Shown one piece after another: positions 41,160-51,686 of a stretch of 64,000 bases of DNA; position 1 is the first letter of the stretch, and each line of letters starts with the position of its first letter. The position numbers were made by a program, and so were the translations under genes. The notes beneath the pieces were generated by a model. It worked only from the letters and a program-made list of their open reading frames with translations, did no database searches and was not told where the DNA came from. The DNA is from an uncultured Thermoproteaceae archaeon (GTDB lineage: Archaea; Thermoproteota; Thermoprotei; Thermoproteales; Thermocladiaceae): assembly GCA_964575955.1 (NCBI GenBank), contig CAZNTG010000006.1:128001-192000 (forward strand). Direction: 5' to 3'.

Positions 41160-42269
41160 CTATCTCAATATTTCGAGTATATTTTTCTCATATGGTGGAT
41201 ATATTACTCCATACTCTGTCACTATCGCTGTCACGTATTTTGGTGGTGTTATGTCAAATACTGGATTATATACAGGTGCGTCAGGAAGTGTTATTAAGAC
41301 ATCTCTAACTTTCCTAACCTCATCAGGATCTCTCTCCTCTATAATAACCTCATCGATCCTCCTCTCTAAATCAAATGTTGATTTTGGTGCTGCTACGTAG
41401 AATGGTATGCCAAGTTCATGTGCTATTACAGCCTGTTTAAATGTTCCTATCTTATTTATCACATGACCATCTTTGAGTATTCTATCAGCACCAACAATTA
41501 CAGAATCTACTAATCCTCTATACATCACATATCCAACAGCTGTATCAGATATCAATACGTATGGTATACCTTCTACATGTAGTTCATATACTGTCAATCT
41601 AGCTCCCTGTAACCATGGTCTTGTCTCTGGCACATAGACCTTTATTGTATGTCCTAAATACTTCGCTATTCTTACAGGTGCTAATGCTGTTCCAATACCT
41701 GCACCTGCAAGACCACCAGCATTACACTGTGTCATCACTGATTCACAATTTTTCAATTTTTCAAAACCGTACACACCTATCTTCAACTCAATTTCAAACT
41801 CCTCTTCATGAATTCTATTAGCCTCATTCTCTAACTCTCTTAAAAGTTCTTCAATCTTTTTAATACCTTCATCATGTATAAGTTTTTTAGCATAATTTAA
41901 CATACGTTTAACAGCCCATTCAAGATTTACAGCTGTTGGTCTTGCAGATATTAGATAGTTTGCACATTTTTCTAAATATTTTAAAAATTCTTCAATATCT
42001 GAAATTTTTCTAAATCCTTCATATGCTGCTAAAACCATTCCATAAGCAGCACAAATACCAATTGCAGGTGCACCACGTACATACATCTCTTTAATAGCTT
42101 TAAAAACATCTTCAACATTAGAAGCTTCAAAATAATATTCTCGAAATGGTAATAATCTTTGATCTAAAATTTTCAAAATCTTCTTTTCAGAATCCCATAT
42201 TAATGGTCTAACTTTAGGCTTTACAATACTCTTCAACTCTTCAATACTTGGTATAGACTTCACAGACAT
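41160..42269 (-). CDS. mtnA: S-methyl-5-thioribose-1-phosphate isomerase
   Basis: LDQR.LP, VRGAPAIG, RPTAVNL, ETRP.LQGARLT, NKIGT. Confidence 0.9.
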   Translation of the reverse strand: MSVKSIPSIEELKSIVKPKVRPLIWDSEKKILKILDQRLLPFREYYFEASNVEDVFKAIKEMYVRGAPAIGICAAYGMVLAAYEGFRKISDIEEFLKYLEKCANYLISARPTAVNLEWAVKRMLNYAKKLIHDEGIKKIEELLRELENEANRIHEEEFEIELKIGVYGFEKLKNCESVMTQCNAGGLAGAGIGTALAPVRIAKYLGHTIKVYVPETRPWLQGARLTVYELHVEGIPYVLISDTAVGYVMYRGLVDSVIVGADRILKDGHVINKIGTFKQAVIAHELGIPFYVAAPKSTFDLERRIDEVIIEERDPDEVRKVRDVLITLPDAPVYNPVFDITPPKYVTAIVTEYGVIYPPYEKNILEILR

Positions 42270-42298
42270 CTATACTATGTGAAAACTTAACAACTATA

Positions 42299-42760
42299 CT
42301 ACTCTACAACTATCTTCTTAGTAGATTCCCATAAACCATGATTTACACAATATGCAATAACGTGTAGATATCCTGATTTTCTCAATGTTAAAGTTATGCA
42401 AAGTTCAGGATGTGAATATTCAGGTACTAAATTAATTCTAGCTATGTGTATTGGATTAAATTGTCTATCTTCCTCTGTGAAGTATATATCGATATGAGAT
42501 ATGTAATGATCAATTCTGTTAGGATGATCTTTAATGAATATTCTAACTTTAAACTTCTCACCTCTCTTAACAACATCAGGACATTCAATATTTGGCATGT
42601 GTGTACTAGCCTTATCTTTAACATCTTCAGGAATGTTTCCAACTCTATAGATATTACTACAGATATCCACTGCAACCATGTAGATTAGCTTCTCTAAATC
42701 TCTTAAATTCCTAACTAAGTTAGCAAGATATGTTAAACATGTGTGAATATCTATATGCAA
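42299..42760 (-). CDS. Class II SORL (superoxide reductase-like) protein
   Basis: H.P.IE, HPN..DHYI, YC..HGLW. Confidence 0.8.
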   Translation of the reverse strand: MHIDIHTCLTYLANLVRNLRDLEKLIYMVAVDICSNIYRVGNIPEDVKDKASTHMPNIECPDVVKRGEKFKVRIFIKDHPNRIDHYISHIDIYFTEEDRQFNPIHIARINLVPEYSHPELCITLTLRKSGYLHVIAYCVNHGLWESTKKIVVE

Positions 42761-42819
42761 TATCTAATGGTTGAAAGAGAAAGTTAAATTAGTATTAAAC
42801 ATCTTAGTAACGTACGAAC

Positions 42820-43551
42820 GTGATAAACATAGAAAATGTAGATCTTGAAACTAGGATTACAATATACATAATAAATCTGGAGAAAGCTCTTGAAAAAGCT
42901 AGACAAAATATATACAATCTCGATACTAGAATTAGAGAGATTTTAGATATAGTTGAAGCATATTTAAAAGATTCTAAACACTACCTCTCAAAGAGAGACT
43001 ACATAACAGCACTATCAACAGTAGCATATGCTGAAGGTCTTCTAGATGCCTTAAGACTACTCGGATATACAGATTTCAAATGGGAAAAACCTAGCGAACT
43101 TTTTCAAAGAGCAACTACCAAAGTTTTAACAGCAGGAACGTTTGAAATACTACATCCAGGACATATATACTATCTAAAAGAAGCTTGGAAACTTGGAAGA
43201 GTCATAACTATAGTATCTAGAGATAGCACTGTGAAGAAGATAAAGAAGAGAGAACCTATTGTAAATGAAGATCAAAGACTTCAAGTAGTTTCAAGCCTAT
43301 ACTATGTACATAAAGCTAGACTAGGATATGAAGATGATATGCTTAGAGTTGTTGAAGAAGAAAGACCAAACATAATACTTCTAGGACCTGACCAACCTGT
43401 AGATGAAGATTGGTTAAAGAGAGAATTAGAGAAGAGAAATCTAAATAATGTAGAAATTGTTAGATTAAAATCAAAACTTAATAAAGATATCTACAGTACT
43501 TCAAACATAATTAAGAAGATAATAGAAAAATATGTTGGAAATACTAGATAG
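42820..43551 (+). CDS. ribL: DUF357 domain fused to FAD synthase (cytidylyltransferase fold)
   Basis: YAEGLLDA (DUF357); GTFEILHPGH, LGPDQ, STS. Confidence 0.75.
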   Translation: MINIENVDLETRITIYIINLEKALEKARQNIYNLDTRIREILDIVEAYLKDSKHYLSKRDYITALSTVAYAEGLLDALRLLGYTDFKWEKPSELFQRATTKVLTAGTFEILHPGHIYYLKEAWKLGRVITIVSRDSTVKKIKKREPIVNEDQRLQVVSSLYYVHKARLGYEDDMLRVVEEERPNIILLGPDQPVDEDWLKRELEKRNLNNVEIVRLKSKLNKDIYSTSNIIKKIIEKYVGNTR

Positions 43552-44137
43552 GTATTATGAAGTCAGCTATTAGAGAAATCTTCTTCCTACCTAAAAGTCC
43601 AGCTTCACTATACATATTTAACTTATCTAAATTTCTATAGAAATTCTTAACTGAAGAACCTACAATAAATCTCAACACATTACCATATATGAAATCTATA
43701 TCAACATCTCTATAGTTAGATTTAGAAATTACATATAGATTATCTGAAAATCCTAGACATACATAATCTCTAAGAACTCTAACACCTACAGGCTTTGATG
43801 ATATATTATTAATAAACTCTTCTAAATTATTATTTGACAACTCATCAACTATATCAATTTTAAATATTCTACCACATACCGAGTGTATCTTAACTATCTT
43901 GAACATGATATCTGAAATATTTGAAATCTCTGGATTAACTCTATCATAGATTTCATGTTCAGGTATCCAAAATTCATAACATTTCAATAGTTTCAAATCT
44001 CCAAGTCTAAGTATTTCTCTATAATCATACTCTTCAAATTTTCTATATGGAAATGTGTATATTAGTACTACATCTCCCCTCTTCGTTATTAACTTCTTGT
44101 AGTGTATTACTAATAGTTTTAAGATATTTTGCACCAT
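43544..44137 (-). CDS. Hypothetical protein
   Basis: 197-aa ORF coupled to the upstream methyltransferase. Confidence 0.6.
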   Translation of the reverse strand: MVQNILKLLVIHYKKLITKRGDVVLIYTFPYRKFEEYDYREILRLGDLKLLKCYEFWIPEHEIYDRVNPEISNISDIMFKIVKIHSVCGRIFKIDIVDELSNNNLEEFINNISSKPVGVRVLRDYVCLGFSDNLYVISKSNYRDVDIDFIYGNVLRFIVGSSVKNFYRNLDKLNMYSEAGLLGRKKISLIADFIIPI

Positions 44138-44976
44138 ATATGTGCTATTGGTCTTCTAAATTCAATAACAACTCCATCATTATCTTTCTCAACAATTCTA
44201 TTTGATAAGACTTCTATTATCTTCTCTCTAACTTCACTCTTCTCTACAGGTAATATTCTTGATAATCTTCTTTCAATAACTTCATCTATATGTTTAACTT
44301 TCACTCTACTTATTCTATAGTATATTTCAACATTTGGATATAATCCTAGACATGTCAATGTTAGGTATACCACTGTTGCAGGTTGTGGATATGTGTCTAC
44401 TATCTTGTCTGTATATACTTTTCTAACTATTTCTTCATATTCTAATGTTAGAAATCTTGTCATATCTTCAAATATGTGTATACTCTTCTTTGCAATATCT
44501 ATTATTAATTTTAATGCATTTACAATACTTTCAACCTCTAGACTATGTGAGGCAACTACGACATCTATCTTCTTTGGTATGTCTTTACCTGGTTCTAATT
44601 TTTCCCACTTACCCTCTATCACAACTATGTTTTCGTGAACTCCCTCTCTCTTCGCATATTCCTGTAGATATTCTAGAAATTTTTTACATTGATCAACTGC
44701 ATATACTTTACATCCTCTCTTAGCTAATGGTATCGTTAATCTTCCAAATCCACATCCAAGATCTATGACTGTATCTCCACTTTCTGCATCTATTTTAGAT
44801 AATTGCCATTCTGTGTATTGTCTTATATGTATGTCTTGCGTAACTCTTCTAATAAATTCATCAGCAAAGTTTGTCCAAAATTCTTCACTTGTTATATACT
44901 TTCCTAATCTTGTTGTTTCACATATTCTATACATATTCCAAGTTAATTTCCATAAATATTCACATAGTGATAGCAC
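44119..44976 (-). CDS. Class I SAM methyltransferase
   Basis: DLGCGFG, AVD, DVVVASHS. Confidence 0.85.
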   Translation of the reverse strand: MLSLCEYLWKLTWNMYRICETTRLGKYITSEEFWTNFADEFIRRVTQDIHIRQYTEWQLSKIDAESGDTVIDLGCGFGRLTIPLAKRGCKVYAVDQCKKFLEYLQEYAKREGVHENIVVIEGKWEKLEPGKDIPKKIDVVVASHSLEVESIVNALKLIIDIAKKSIHIFEDMTRFLTLEYEEIVRKVYTDKIVDTYPQPATVVYLTLTCLGLYPNVEIYYRISRVKVKHIDEVIERRLSRILPVEKSEVREKIIEVLSNRIVEKDNDGVVIEFRRPIAHIWCKIS

Positions 44977-45083
44977 AGTACGATATTGTATATATGTTAT
45001 TTTTAAAATTAGTATGGTATCTTATAGTAGAGTAAGGTTTATAAATACATGTATTAGACATGTTGTAAGCATTAGGTGATGAC

Positions 45084-45596
45084 ATGAAAATACCGTTCTG
45101 TACCTTCTGTGTGAAGACGAGAGTATTTTGTGCTAGATGTCAGCAGTTACTTGACTCTCAACAGTATGATATGATTGATGTCGATGTTATAAATGCTCTA
45201 TTAAGTGTTAAGCAGAAGTTTGATGAATATTTGAGAAATGTTGAATATGTAAAATCTTACGATGCTGATGATACTGTAGTTGTTGTTCTTAGAGGTATAA
45301 AATCGATTCCTAGAAATGTAATTAAAGATCTTGAGATAGCACTTGAACAACAGCTTAATAAGAAGGTTAGAATTGTTGAGAAGTCTAGCAATATTAGTGA
45401 ACTTGCATCACAATTAGCACAACCTGCAAGAATACTCACAGTTGCTATATCTTGGCTACCTGATGGTACTAGTGAGGCTGTTGTTAAGATTCCTAGATGG
45501 GAAGCTAGAAGACTACCATTAAGACCTGAAGAATTTGCTAAGATACTCAGCATGATTACAGGTACTAGTGTTAGAGTGGAAGTTGCTAAATATTGA
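45084..45596 (+). CDS. NusA-like KH protein with N-terminal Zn ribbon
   Basis: PFCTFC....FCARC, KKVRIVE, PARI, W.PDG. Confidence 0.75.
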   Translation: MKIPFCTFCVKTRVFCARCQQLLDSQQYDMIDVDVINALLSVKQKFDEYLRNVEYVKSYDADDTVVVVLRGIKSIPRNVIKDLEIALEQQLNKKVRIVEKSSNISELASQLAQPARILTVAISWLPDGTSEAVVKIPRWEARRLPLRPEEFAKILSMITGTSVRVEVAKY

Positions 45597-45649
45597 ACAT
45601 ATTTCTCACACATCACGTCTTATAAACCCCTAACTATGTCTTCATTCTT

Positions 45650-46951
45650 GTGAAATTTCCTAGAAAAACACACTGGACTAAGGATATAAAGCCTGAACTT
45701 GACGGTCAGGAAGTTACTGTATGTGGATGGGTTTGGGAAATACGTGATATTGGTAAGATAAAGTTTCTAGTATTGAGAGATAGAGAAGGTTTTATACAGA
45801 TAACAGCTAAGAGAGGTGAAGTTCCTGAAGAAGTTCTTGAAATTATTAAGAAATTGAAGAAGGAAGACGTAATTGCTGTACAGGGTAGAGTAAAAGCTAG
45901 CAAAATTGCGAAAGCAGGTGTTGAAATTATTCCAAGTAAGATAGAAATTTTGAATAGTGTAAAGATGATGCCATTAGATATATGGGGTGAAGTTGAGTCT
46001 GAACTAGGTACAAGGCTTAGATATAGAGCTGCAGATTTGAAAAGACCTGAAAATCTTGCAATATTCAAAATATCTAGTACAGTTGTTAAAGCTATAAGAG
46101 AGACATTTTATAAACATAGATTTATTGAAGTATTTACACCAAAGATAATAGTAACATGTACTGAAGGTGGTGCAGATCTATTTGAAGTTACATATTTTGA
46201 ACATAGAGCATATCTAGCACAGAGTCCACAACTCTATAAAGAGCAGTTAACAGCATCATTAGAGAGAGTTTTTGAAATTGGACCAGCATTTAGAGCTGAG
46301 AAGCATAATACTAACTATCATCTTAACGAGTTTATCTCTGTTGATGCTGAAGCAGCATTTATGGATTATATGGACATTATGAATGTTCTTGATGATATTA
46401 TCTGTAGTGTATATGACACAGTCAGGAAGGTGCATGATGAAGAATTGAAAATTTTGAAAGTTGATCTTCCACAGCTCAAAAAGCCGTTCAGAAAGATAAC
46501 ATATGATGAAGCTATAGACATGTTAAAGAAGAGAGGTCTAGATGTTAAATATGGTGAAGATATACCACATATAGGTCTTGAAGTACTATATGAAGAAATT
46601 GGAGAACCATTCTACATAATTGACTGGCCTACAGATATAAGACCATTCTACACAATGCCTAAAGAAGATGATGAAAGTAAAAGCGAGTCATTTGACCTTG
46701 TAATTGGTGGTCTTGAGATAGCTTCAGGAAGTACTAGAATTCACAAACGTGAAATGCTTGAAGAAGCACTTAGAAAACGTGGTCTAGATCCATCAGCATT
46801 TCAATATCATCTAGAAGTGTATGATTGGGGTATGCCACCACATGCAGGTTTTGGACTTGGGTTATATAGACTGCTGATGGTTATGCTAAATAGAAAGAAT
46901 ATTAGAGAAGTAGTACTATATCCAAGAGATAGATTTAGACTTATACCATGA
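45650..46951 (+). CDS. aspS: Aspartate--tRNA ligase (archaeal)
   Basis: OB fold, LAQSPQLYK, FRAE, GMPPHAGFGLG, PRD. Confidence 0.95.
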   Translation: MKFPRKTHWTKDIKPELDGQEVTVCGWVWEIRDIGKIKFLVLRDREGFIQITAKRGEVPEEVLEIIKKLKKEDVIAVQGRVKASKIAKAGVEIIPSKIEILNSVKMMPLDIWGEVESELGTRLRYRAADLKRPENLAIFKISSTVVKAIRETFYKHRFIEVFTPKIIVTCTEGGADLFEVTYFEHRAYLAQSPQLYKEQLTASLERVFEIGPAFRAEKHNTNYHLNEFISVDAEAAFMDYMDIMNVLDDIICSVYDTVRKVHDEELKILKVDLPQLKKPFRKITYDEAIDMLKKRGLDVKYGEDIPHIGLEVLYEEIGEPFYIIDWPTDIRPFYTMPKEDDESKSESFDLVIGGLEIASGSTRIHKREMLEEALRKRGLDPSAFQYHLEVYDWGMPPHAGFGLGLYRLLMVMLNRKNIREVVLYPRDRFRLIP

Positions 46952-47472
46952 AGAGAGATAGAGAGAGAACACTACACATAGTGTATAGAGAGAATAATCA
47001 TGTAGTTATTAGAGGAAGTAGAGATATTATAGATTCACTATATGAGCATGGTATTGGTGAGAAGATTAGTATAGATAAATTGAAAGTTTCAAACATAGAG
47101 TTAGCATATCTATCTACTAGATTTTCAATAGTTGAAAATAATAATAAGATAGATATTGGAGATATATTGAAAAATGTTGAAGATATGTTAAGATTTATAG
47201 TATATCTAGACTTGAGAAAGAGAGGTTATGATGTTAAATTAACATCAAAAGATTCACCAATAGATCTACTCGTATGGGAGAAAGGTAAGAGACCTATAAA
47301 GACACAGCCTAGGTATGGTGTTAAGATCGTGACAGAGGGTTTGGGTATTAGAGTTCTAGATTTATCATCAGTCTTAAAATATTGTGAATCTATGGGTCTA
47401 CAACTAGTCTTAGCATTAGTAAGTAATGATGGTGTAATTACCTACTACAAGGCTTTCAGTTTAAAAAGCTAA
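46948..47472 (+). CDS. tRNA-splicing endonuclease-like subunit (probably structural)
   Basis: VYLDLRKRGY and LALV..DG.ITYY EndA-like C-terminal domain. Confidence 0.65.
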   Translation: MKRDRERTLHIVYRENNHVVIRGSRDIIDSLYEHGIGEKISIDKLKVSNIELAYLSTRFSIVENNNKIDIGDILKNVEDMLRFIVYLDLRKRGYDVKLTSKDSPIDLLVWEKGKRPIKTQPRYGVKIVTEGLGIRVLDLSSVLKYCESMGLQLVLALVSNDGVITYYKAFSLKS

Positions 47473-47517
47473 CAACTTTACTAACAAGATTTTTATAGTT
47501 CTACATATTCAACAAGT

Positions 47518-48264
47518 TTGATGAAGAGATGTTGTATTGTAATGCTTAGTGGTGGTTTAGACTCTAGCACATTACTATGGAAAGCATATAGAGAACTTGA
47601 TGCTGATCTATATGCAATAACGTTCATATATTGTCAAAAGCATTCTAGAGAAGTTGAATGTGCTAAAAAGCTTGCAGAGATGGTTGGAGTTATTGAGCAT
47701 AGAATTGTAGATCTTAGATATATATCATGGATATTTCATGCATCTAGATTAGTTGAAGGTGGTGTAACAATTACAGATCTCACAAAGGTTAGTCTGGACT
47801 ATGTACCACAGAGAAATATAGTATTTCTAAGCTTGACAGCAGCATGGCTAGAAACGTTACTATTAGAGAGGAAGTATAGTGAAGGTATTATTGCAATAGC
47901 AGTACATAGATACGACCCTGAAACAGGTTATCCAGATACAAGACCTGAATTTCTAAAAGCTGTAGAAGAGGCATTAAGACTTGGAAGTGCTGCAGTTACA
48001 GAAGGAAAGGCAAGTATTAGAATTTGGGCACCATTCTCAGATAAGACAAAGATAGACATAGTTAAAGAAGGTATTAAACTAGGAGTACCATACGAACATA
48101 CTTGGAGTTGTTATAAAGGTGAAGAGAATCCTTGTGGAGAATGTCTATCATGTACATTAAGATTGAGAGCATTTATGGAGGCAGGAAAGCCAGACCCATT
48201 AACAGACAGATACATGAAACTTCCAGAATGGTATAGAGAATGGTTAAGCAAGATTAGGCAATAA
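47518..48264 (+). CDS. queC: 7-cyano-7-deazaguanine synthase
   Basis: SGGLDS, YVPQRN, YPDTRPEF, TWSCY..CGEC.SC. Confidence 0.93.
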   Translation: MMKRCCIVMLSGGLDSSTLLWKAYRELDADLYAITFIYCQKHSREVECAKKLAEMVGVIEHRIVDLRYISWIFHASRLVEGGVTITDLTKVSLDYVPQRNIVFLSLTAAWLETLLLERKYSEGIIAIAVHRYDPETGYPDTRPEFLKAVEEALRLGSAAVTEGKASIRIWAPFSDKTKIDIVKEGIKLGVPYEHTWSCYKGEENPCGECLSCTLRLRAFMEAGKPDPLTDRYMKLPEWYREWLSKIRQ

Positions 48265-48975
48265 TCATCGAAAACCTACGATATATTGCAATCTTGGAGA
48301 TATAGAATATCCATATCTGAGAGCTAAGGTATAGACAATCTTCATCTTCTTAACACAATCATCAAAATTTGAACATTGAGGCATTAAATATACATTCTCA
48401 TTGTTAATATTAAACTCTCTAACAATACTATTAACCTCATAAATATCTTCATAATTTTCAATAACAAATTTAAAAAATATTCTACATCTATAAGATCTAA
48501 TTATATACCTATATTTTTCACATATCTTCCTAATATCTTTAGGATTTTTACTATTCTCAAGTTTTGGAGATACTACAATATAATCAACATAGTCTAATAA
48601 ATCTTCAGGATCTATAGTACCGTTAGTCTCTAGCTGTATTGTGAAGTAGTTTCTAACCATGGGTAGGAGTTCTTTTAAAGAATCTTTCTGTAGTAGAGGT
48701 TCACCTCCTGTAATTACTAGAAGTGGCTTATCTTGACATGTACTTTCTCTAAGTTTCAACAACATCTTAAATACTTTAGATATATCTAAAACATACTTAG
48801 GATAGTGTGCATACTTTGTATCACACCAAACACATCTCAAATTACATCCTGATAATCTTAAAAATATTGCTAATCTACCAATGAGAGGTCCCTCACCTTG
48901 AAATGATTTAAATATTTCAGATATCTTTAAAACCTTAGACATCCTATATAAGACCCTTATGAATTGCTGTTCCAA
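48265..48975 (-). CDS. queE: 7-carboxy-7-deazaguanine synthase
   Basis: EIF.S.QGEG, GCNLRCVWCDT, TGGEP, ETNG, SPK. Confidence 0.92.
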   Translation of the reverse strand: MEQQFIRVLYRMSKVLKISEIFKSFQGEGPLIGRLAIFLRLSGCNLRCVWCDTKYAHYPKYVLDISKVFKMLLKLRESTCQDKPLLVITGGEPLLQKDSLKELLPMVRNYFTIQLETNGTIDPEDLLDYVDYIVVSPKLENSKNPKDIRKICEKYRYIIRSYRCRIFFKFVIENYEDIYEVNSIVREFNINNENVYLMPQCSNFDDCVKKMKIVYTLALRYGYSISPRLQYIVGFR

Positions 48976-49636
48976 CTATAACACCATTTATACCAACACT
49001 ACATAGCTTATCTAAATCTTTAAAATCTCTAACACCACCACCATAGATTATGTCTTTTACATTAATTTGTCTTAATTTTAAAACAATATTTCTAACTTTC
49101 TCAATATCTATACCACTTAAAGTTCCAACTCTCTCTAAATCTAAAATTAATACTCTCTCAGGAACTATGTTGTATGTATGTAGTATGTGTAGAAAATCTA
49201 TATAATTTACATATCTATCTCTAAATTTTACATAATTACCAAACATATCCATACTTATAGTCCTCCTATCTAGTAGATATATCTCATTTGATGATACATA
49301 CTCAGTACCAATCACAGGTATGATATTTCTATACATATGCTCTATCTGAAGACCTCTTCTACCAATATCAATATATACTCTATCATACATGTCTAAAAAT
49401 TCTATATATCTCTTCACAAAGTCTATATTATGATATTCCTCTATCGAGTCTATATCTGCAATATATATTTCTCTAAATCCTAGATTTCTAAATGATATTA
49501 ATGCTAGCTCTACTGATGGATTTGCTATAACTCTACTATCATACATAGGTCTATAGATTTCCCTCTGTCCAGATATTGCCTGTACAACTTCCAAATTCTT
49601 AACATCTAATACAGGTATTATACGAATACTACACAT
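48944..49636 (-). CDS. HisA/HisF-related TIM barrel of C1-cofactor clusters (TIGR00734-like)
   Basis: IPVLD....VVQA.SG.R..YRP, YIADID, LDL.RVG, YGGGVR, GTAIH.G. Confidence 0.75.
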   Translation of the reverse strand: MCSIRIIPVLDVKNLEVVQAISGQREIYRPMYDSRVIANPSVELALISFRNLGFREIYIADIDSIEEYHNIDFVKRYIEFLDMYDRVYIDIGRRGLQIEHMYRNIIPVIGTEYVSSNEIYLLDRRTISMDMFGNYVKFRDRYVNYIDFLHILHTYNIVPERVLILDLERVGTLSGIDIEKVRNIVLKLRQINVKDIIYGGGVRDFKDLDKLCSVGINGVIVGTAIHKGLI

Positions 49637-49688
49637 AGCATCTAGAATTGTTAGAAAATCTAAAGTTCTTTACTATATTTTGTAGAGT

Positions 49689-50759
49689 ATGCGAATACTT
49701 GGTGTTGATGTTGGTGGTGCTAATATGAAGATTGTAATTGTAAAATTCTACTCTAAATATCACGAAGTTGAGGAAGTTATTAGAGAATACTTTCCACTAT
49801 GGAAGAGAGGTAGAGAAGGATTAGAGAATTATATTAAAAATATGGCTGAAAAATTTAGGAATATTGATGGTATATCTATATGTATGACAGCTGAACTATG
49901 TGATATATATTCATCAAAATCTGAAGGTGTTAAACATGTAGTTGAGTGCTTTTTAAAATATTTTAAACATGTTAAACATATGAAATTCATAACATGTAAT
50001 CTAGAGCTTGTAGATTATGATTATGCAATTAAAAATCCACTAGAAATAGCAGCTGCTAATTGGGCTGCAAGTGCATGGTTGATATCTAAACTTGTTAAAG
50101 ATTGTATATTTGCAGATATTGGAAGTACAACTACAACGATAATTCCTGTTGTAGATCATAAACCCATAATATGTGGTAAGAACGATCCTGAAAAATTAAC
50201 ATGTGGAGAACTTGCATATATTGGAACTCTAAGAACTTCAGTATCTGAAATTGTTAGATATCTACCATATAAGGGAGCTAGGGCTGAGATATGTAGAGAA
50301 TATTTTGCAACTATGGCAGATGTAAATCTAGTTCTAGGAAACATAACTGAGAAGGACTATGTAATAGATACAGCTGATGGTAGAGGTAAGTCTGTGCTAG
50401 AATCTGCTATTAGAATTGCTAGGACAGTATGTTCAAGTCTTGAACTTATGAATATCGAAGAAATTATAGAAATTGCAAGATATGTATATAATGAGGCTAT
50501 TAATAGAATTGTAGAATCATTAATACTCGTTAGAAGTAGAATTGCAAATATTGTAAAAAACTTAAGAGAAATTCCACTAATAACAGCAGGTATAGGAGAA
50601 TTTATGCTTAGAGATGCTGGAATTAGAGCTGGTTTTTCAAAAATTATAAGTGTTGATGATATAGTTAAACAGAGGTTCAAAATTGCACCTGTATTTCCAT
50701 CATACGCAGCTGCAGTAATGCTATACAATTATTTAGAGTCTACCAAGAGTTCTCAATAA
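49689..50759 (+). CDS. mfnF: Methanofuran biosynthesis MfnF-like (hydantoinase A family)
   Basis: G.DVGGAN.K, Y.PLWK, MTAEL.D, AANW, DIGSTTT, E.FAT..D, TADG. Confidence 0.8.
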   Translation: MRILGVDVGGANMKIVIVKFYSKYHEVEEVIREYFPLWKRGREGLENYIKNMAEKFRNIDGISICMTAELCDIYSSKSEGVKHVVECFLKYFKHVKHMKFITCNLELVDYDYAIKNPLEIAAANWAASAWLISKLVKDCIFADIGSTTTTIIPVVDHKPIICGKNDPEKLTCGELAYIGTLRTSVSEIVRYLPYKGARAEICREYFATMADVNLVLGNITEKDYVIDTADGRGKSVLESAIRIARTVCSSLELMNIEEIIEIARYVYNEAINRIVESLILVRSRIANIVKNLREIPLITAGIGEFMLRDAGIRAGFSKIISVDDIVKQRFKIAPVFPSYAAAVMLYNYLESTKSSQ

Positions 50760-51431
50760 AGTTATTAACAATTTCTCACTAATAATACTATTGCGAGATT
50801 TATCACATATACAAGATCTCAAACCTATAATATCAGGTCTTACATAATTTAACAAAGTTTTAATACTATCAAAATTTAGCTTACCTGCAAGTGCAATCTT
50901 GATATTATTAATATGGCAAAGTTCAACAATTTTACATAGATTATCTATACCTAAAATATCTACTATAGATTTATTATAATTTTTAAACTTAGTATCAATC
51001 ATAAATATCTCAATATCATATCTTCTACATATATCTAACATGTTTATAATATCATCAATAGAGTGATAGTCTCCAAAACATGCTATAACAAGCTTCGAGT
51101 TATTACATAGATTCCTGATGTTTTTAACTATATTTTCGATACTTTCAATATCTCTTGTGAATAGTCCAACCTTTATGTAATTAACATTAATACTATCTAA
51201 ATATTCTATAAGAAATTTTATACAAGATATGTAGTTTGTTATATCTCCTATTGGAATACTTATTTCAAATTTCCTTCTCTCTAATACGTATCTAACTAGT
51301 CTTAATGATGGACAGCCTAGCGATTCTCCACATTCAACATCTTTCAAATCTACAATATCTATAAAATTTCTATATTTGAGAAGTAGATCATACTCTTCAG
51401 GATATGCAATTGATATTAGTAGTTTACACAT
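50733..51431 (-). CDS. mfnB: (5-formylfuran-3-yl)methyl phosphate synthase-like (DUF556)
   Basis: LLIS, DIVDLK, SLG, YIKVG, MIDT, ALAG.L, PDIIG.R..C...R. Confidence 0.75.
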   Translation of the reverse strand: MCKLLISIAYPEEYDLLLKYRNFIDIVDLKDVECGESLGCPSLRLVRYVLERRKFEISIPIGDITNYISCIKFLIEYLDSINVNYIKVGLFTRDIESIENIVKNIRNLCNNSKLVIACFGDYHSIDDIINMLDICRRYDIEIFMIDTKFKNYNKSIVDILGIDNLCKIVELCHINNIKIALAGKLNFDSIKTLLNYVRPDIIGLRSCICDKSRNSIISEKLLITLLRTLGRL

Positions 51432-51522
51432 ATGTATGTTAGAGATCTTTTGATAAATTTAAGGTTGCTACATGTAGTAATGATAGGAAAAACCTATATA
51501 GTACGTAGTACTGCTAGACTTA

Positions 51523-51568
51523 GTGATGAAGCTCCTACCTCCGAGTGATGCGGAGAAAGATCTACTGA
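51523..51568 (+). ncRNA. C/D-box guide sRNA
   Basis: GTGATGA-AGCTCCTACCT-CCGA-GTGATGC-GGAGAAAGATCTA-CTGA. Confidence 0.7.
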
Positions 51569-51633
51569 TTCAAATGCTTAGAGAAAGACTTATCTCATTC
51601 CAAAACCATCTAGTAATCGTATAGATAATTTTT

Positions 51634-51683
51634 ATGATGAATGCCGAGTTCGCTGCTTTAATGATGATAAGGCACCTCTCTGA
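51634..51683 (+). ncRNA. C/D-box guide sRNA
   Basis: ATGATGA-ATGCCGAGTTCG-CTGC..ATGATGA-TAAGGCACCTCT-CTGA; TGCCGAGTTC complements conserved 23S GAACUCGGCA (from recall). Confidence 0.8.
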
Positions 51684-51686
51684 TAA

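Noticed and set aside
47518-48975. queC/queE as a dpd DNA-modification island
   Set aside because: No dpdA or other dpd genes; housekeeping context next to aspS fits archaeosine synthesis
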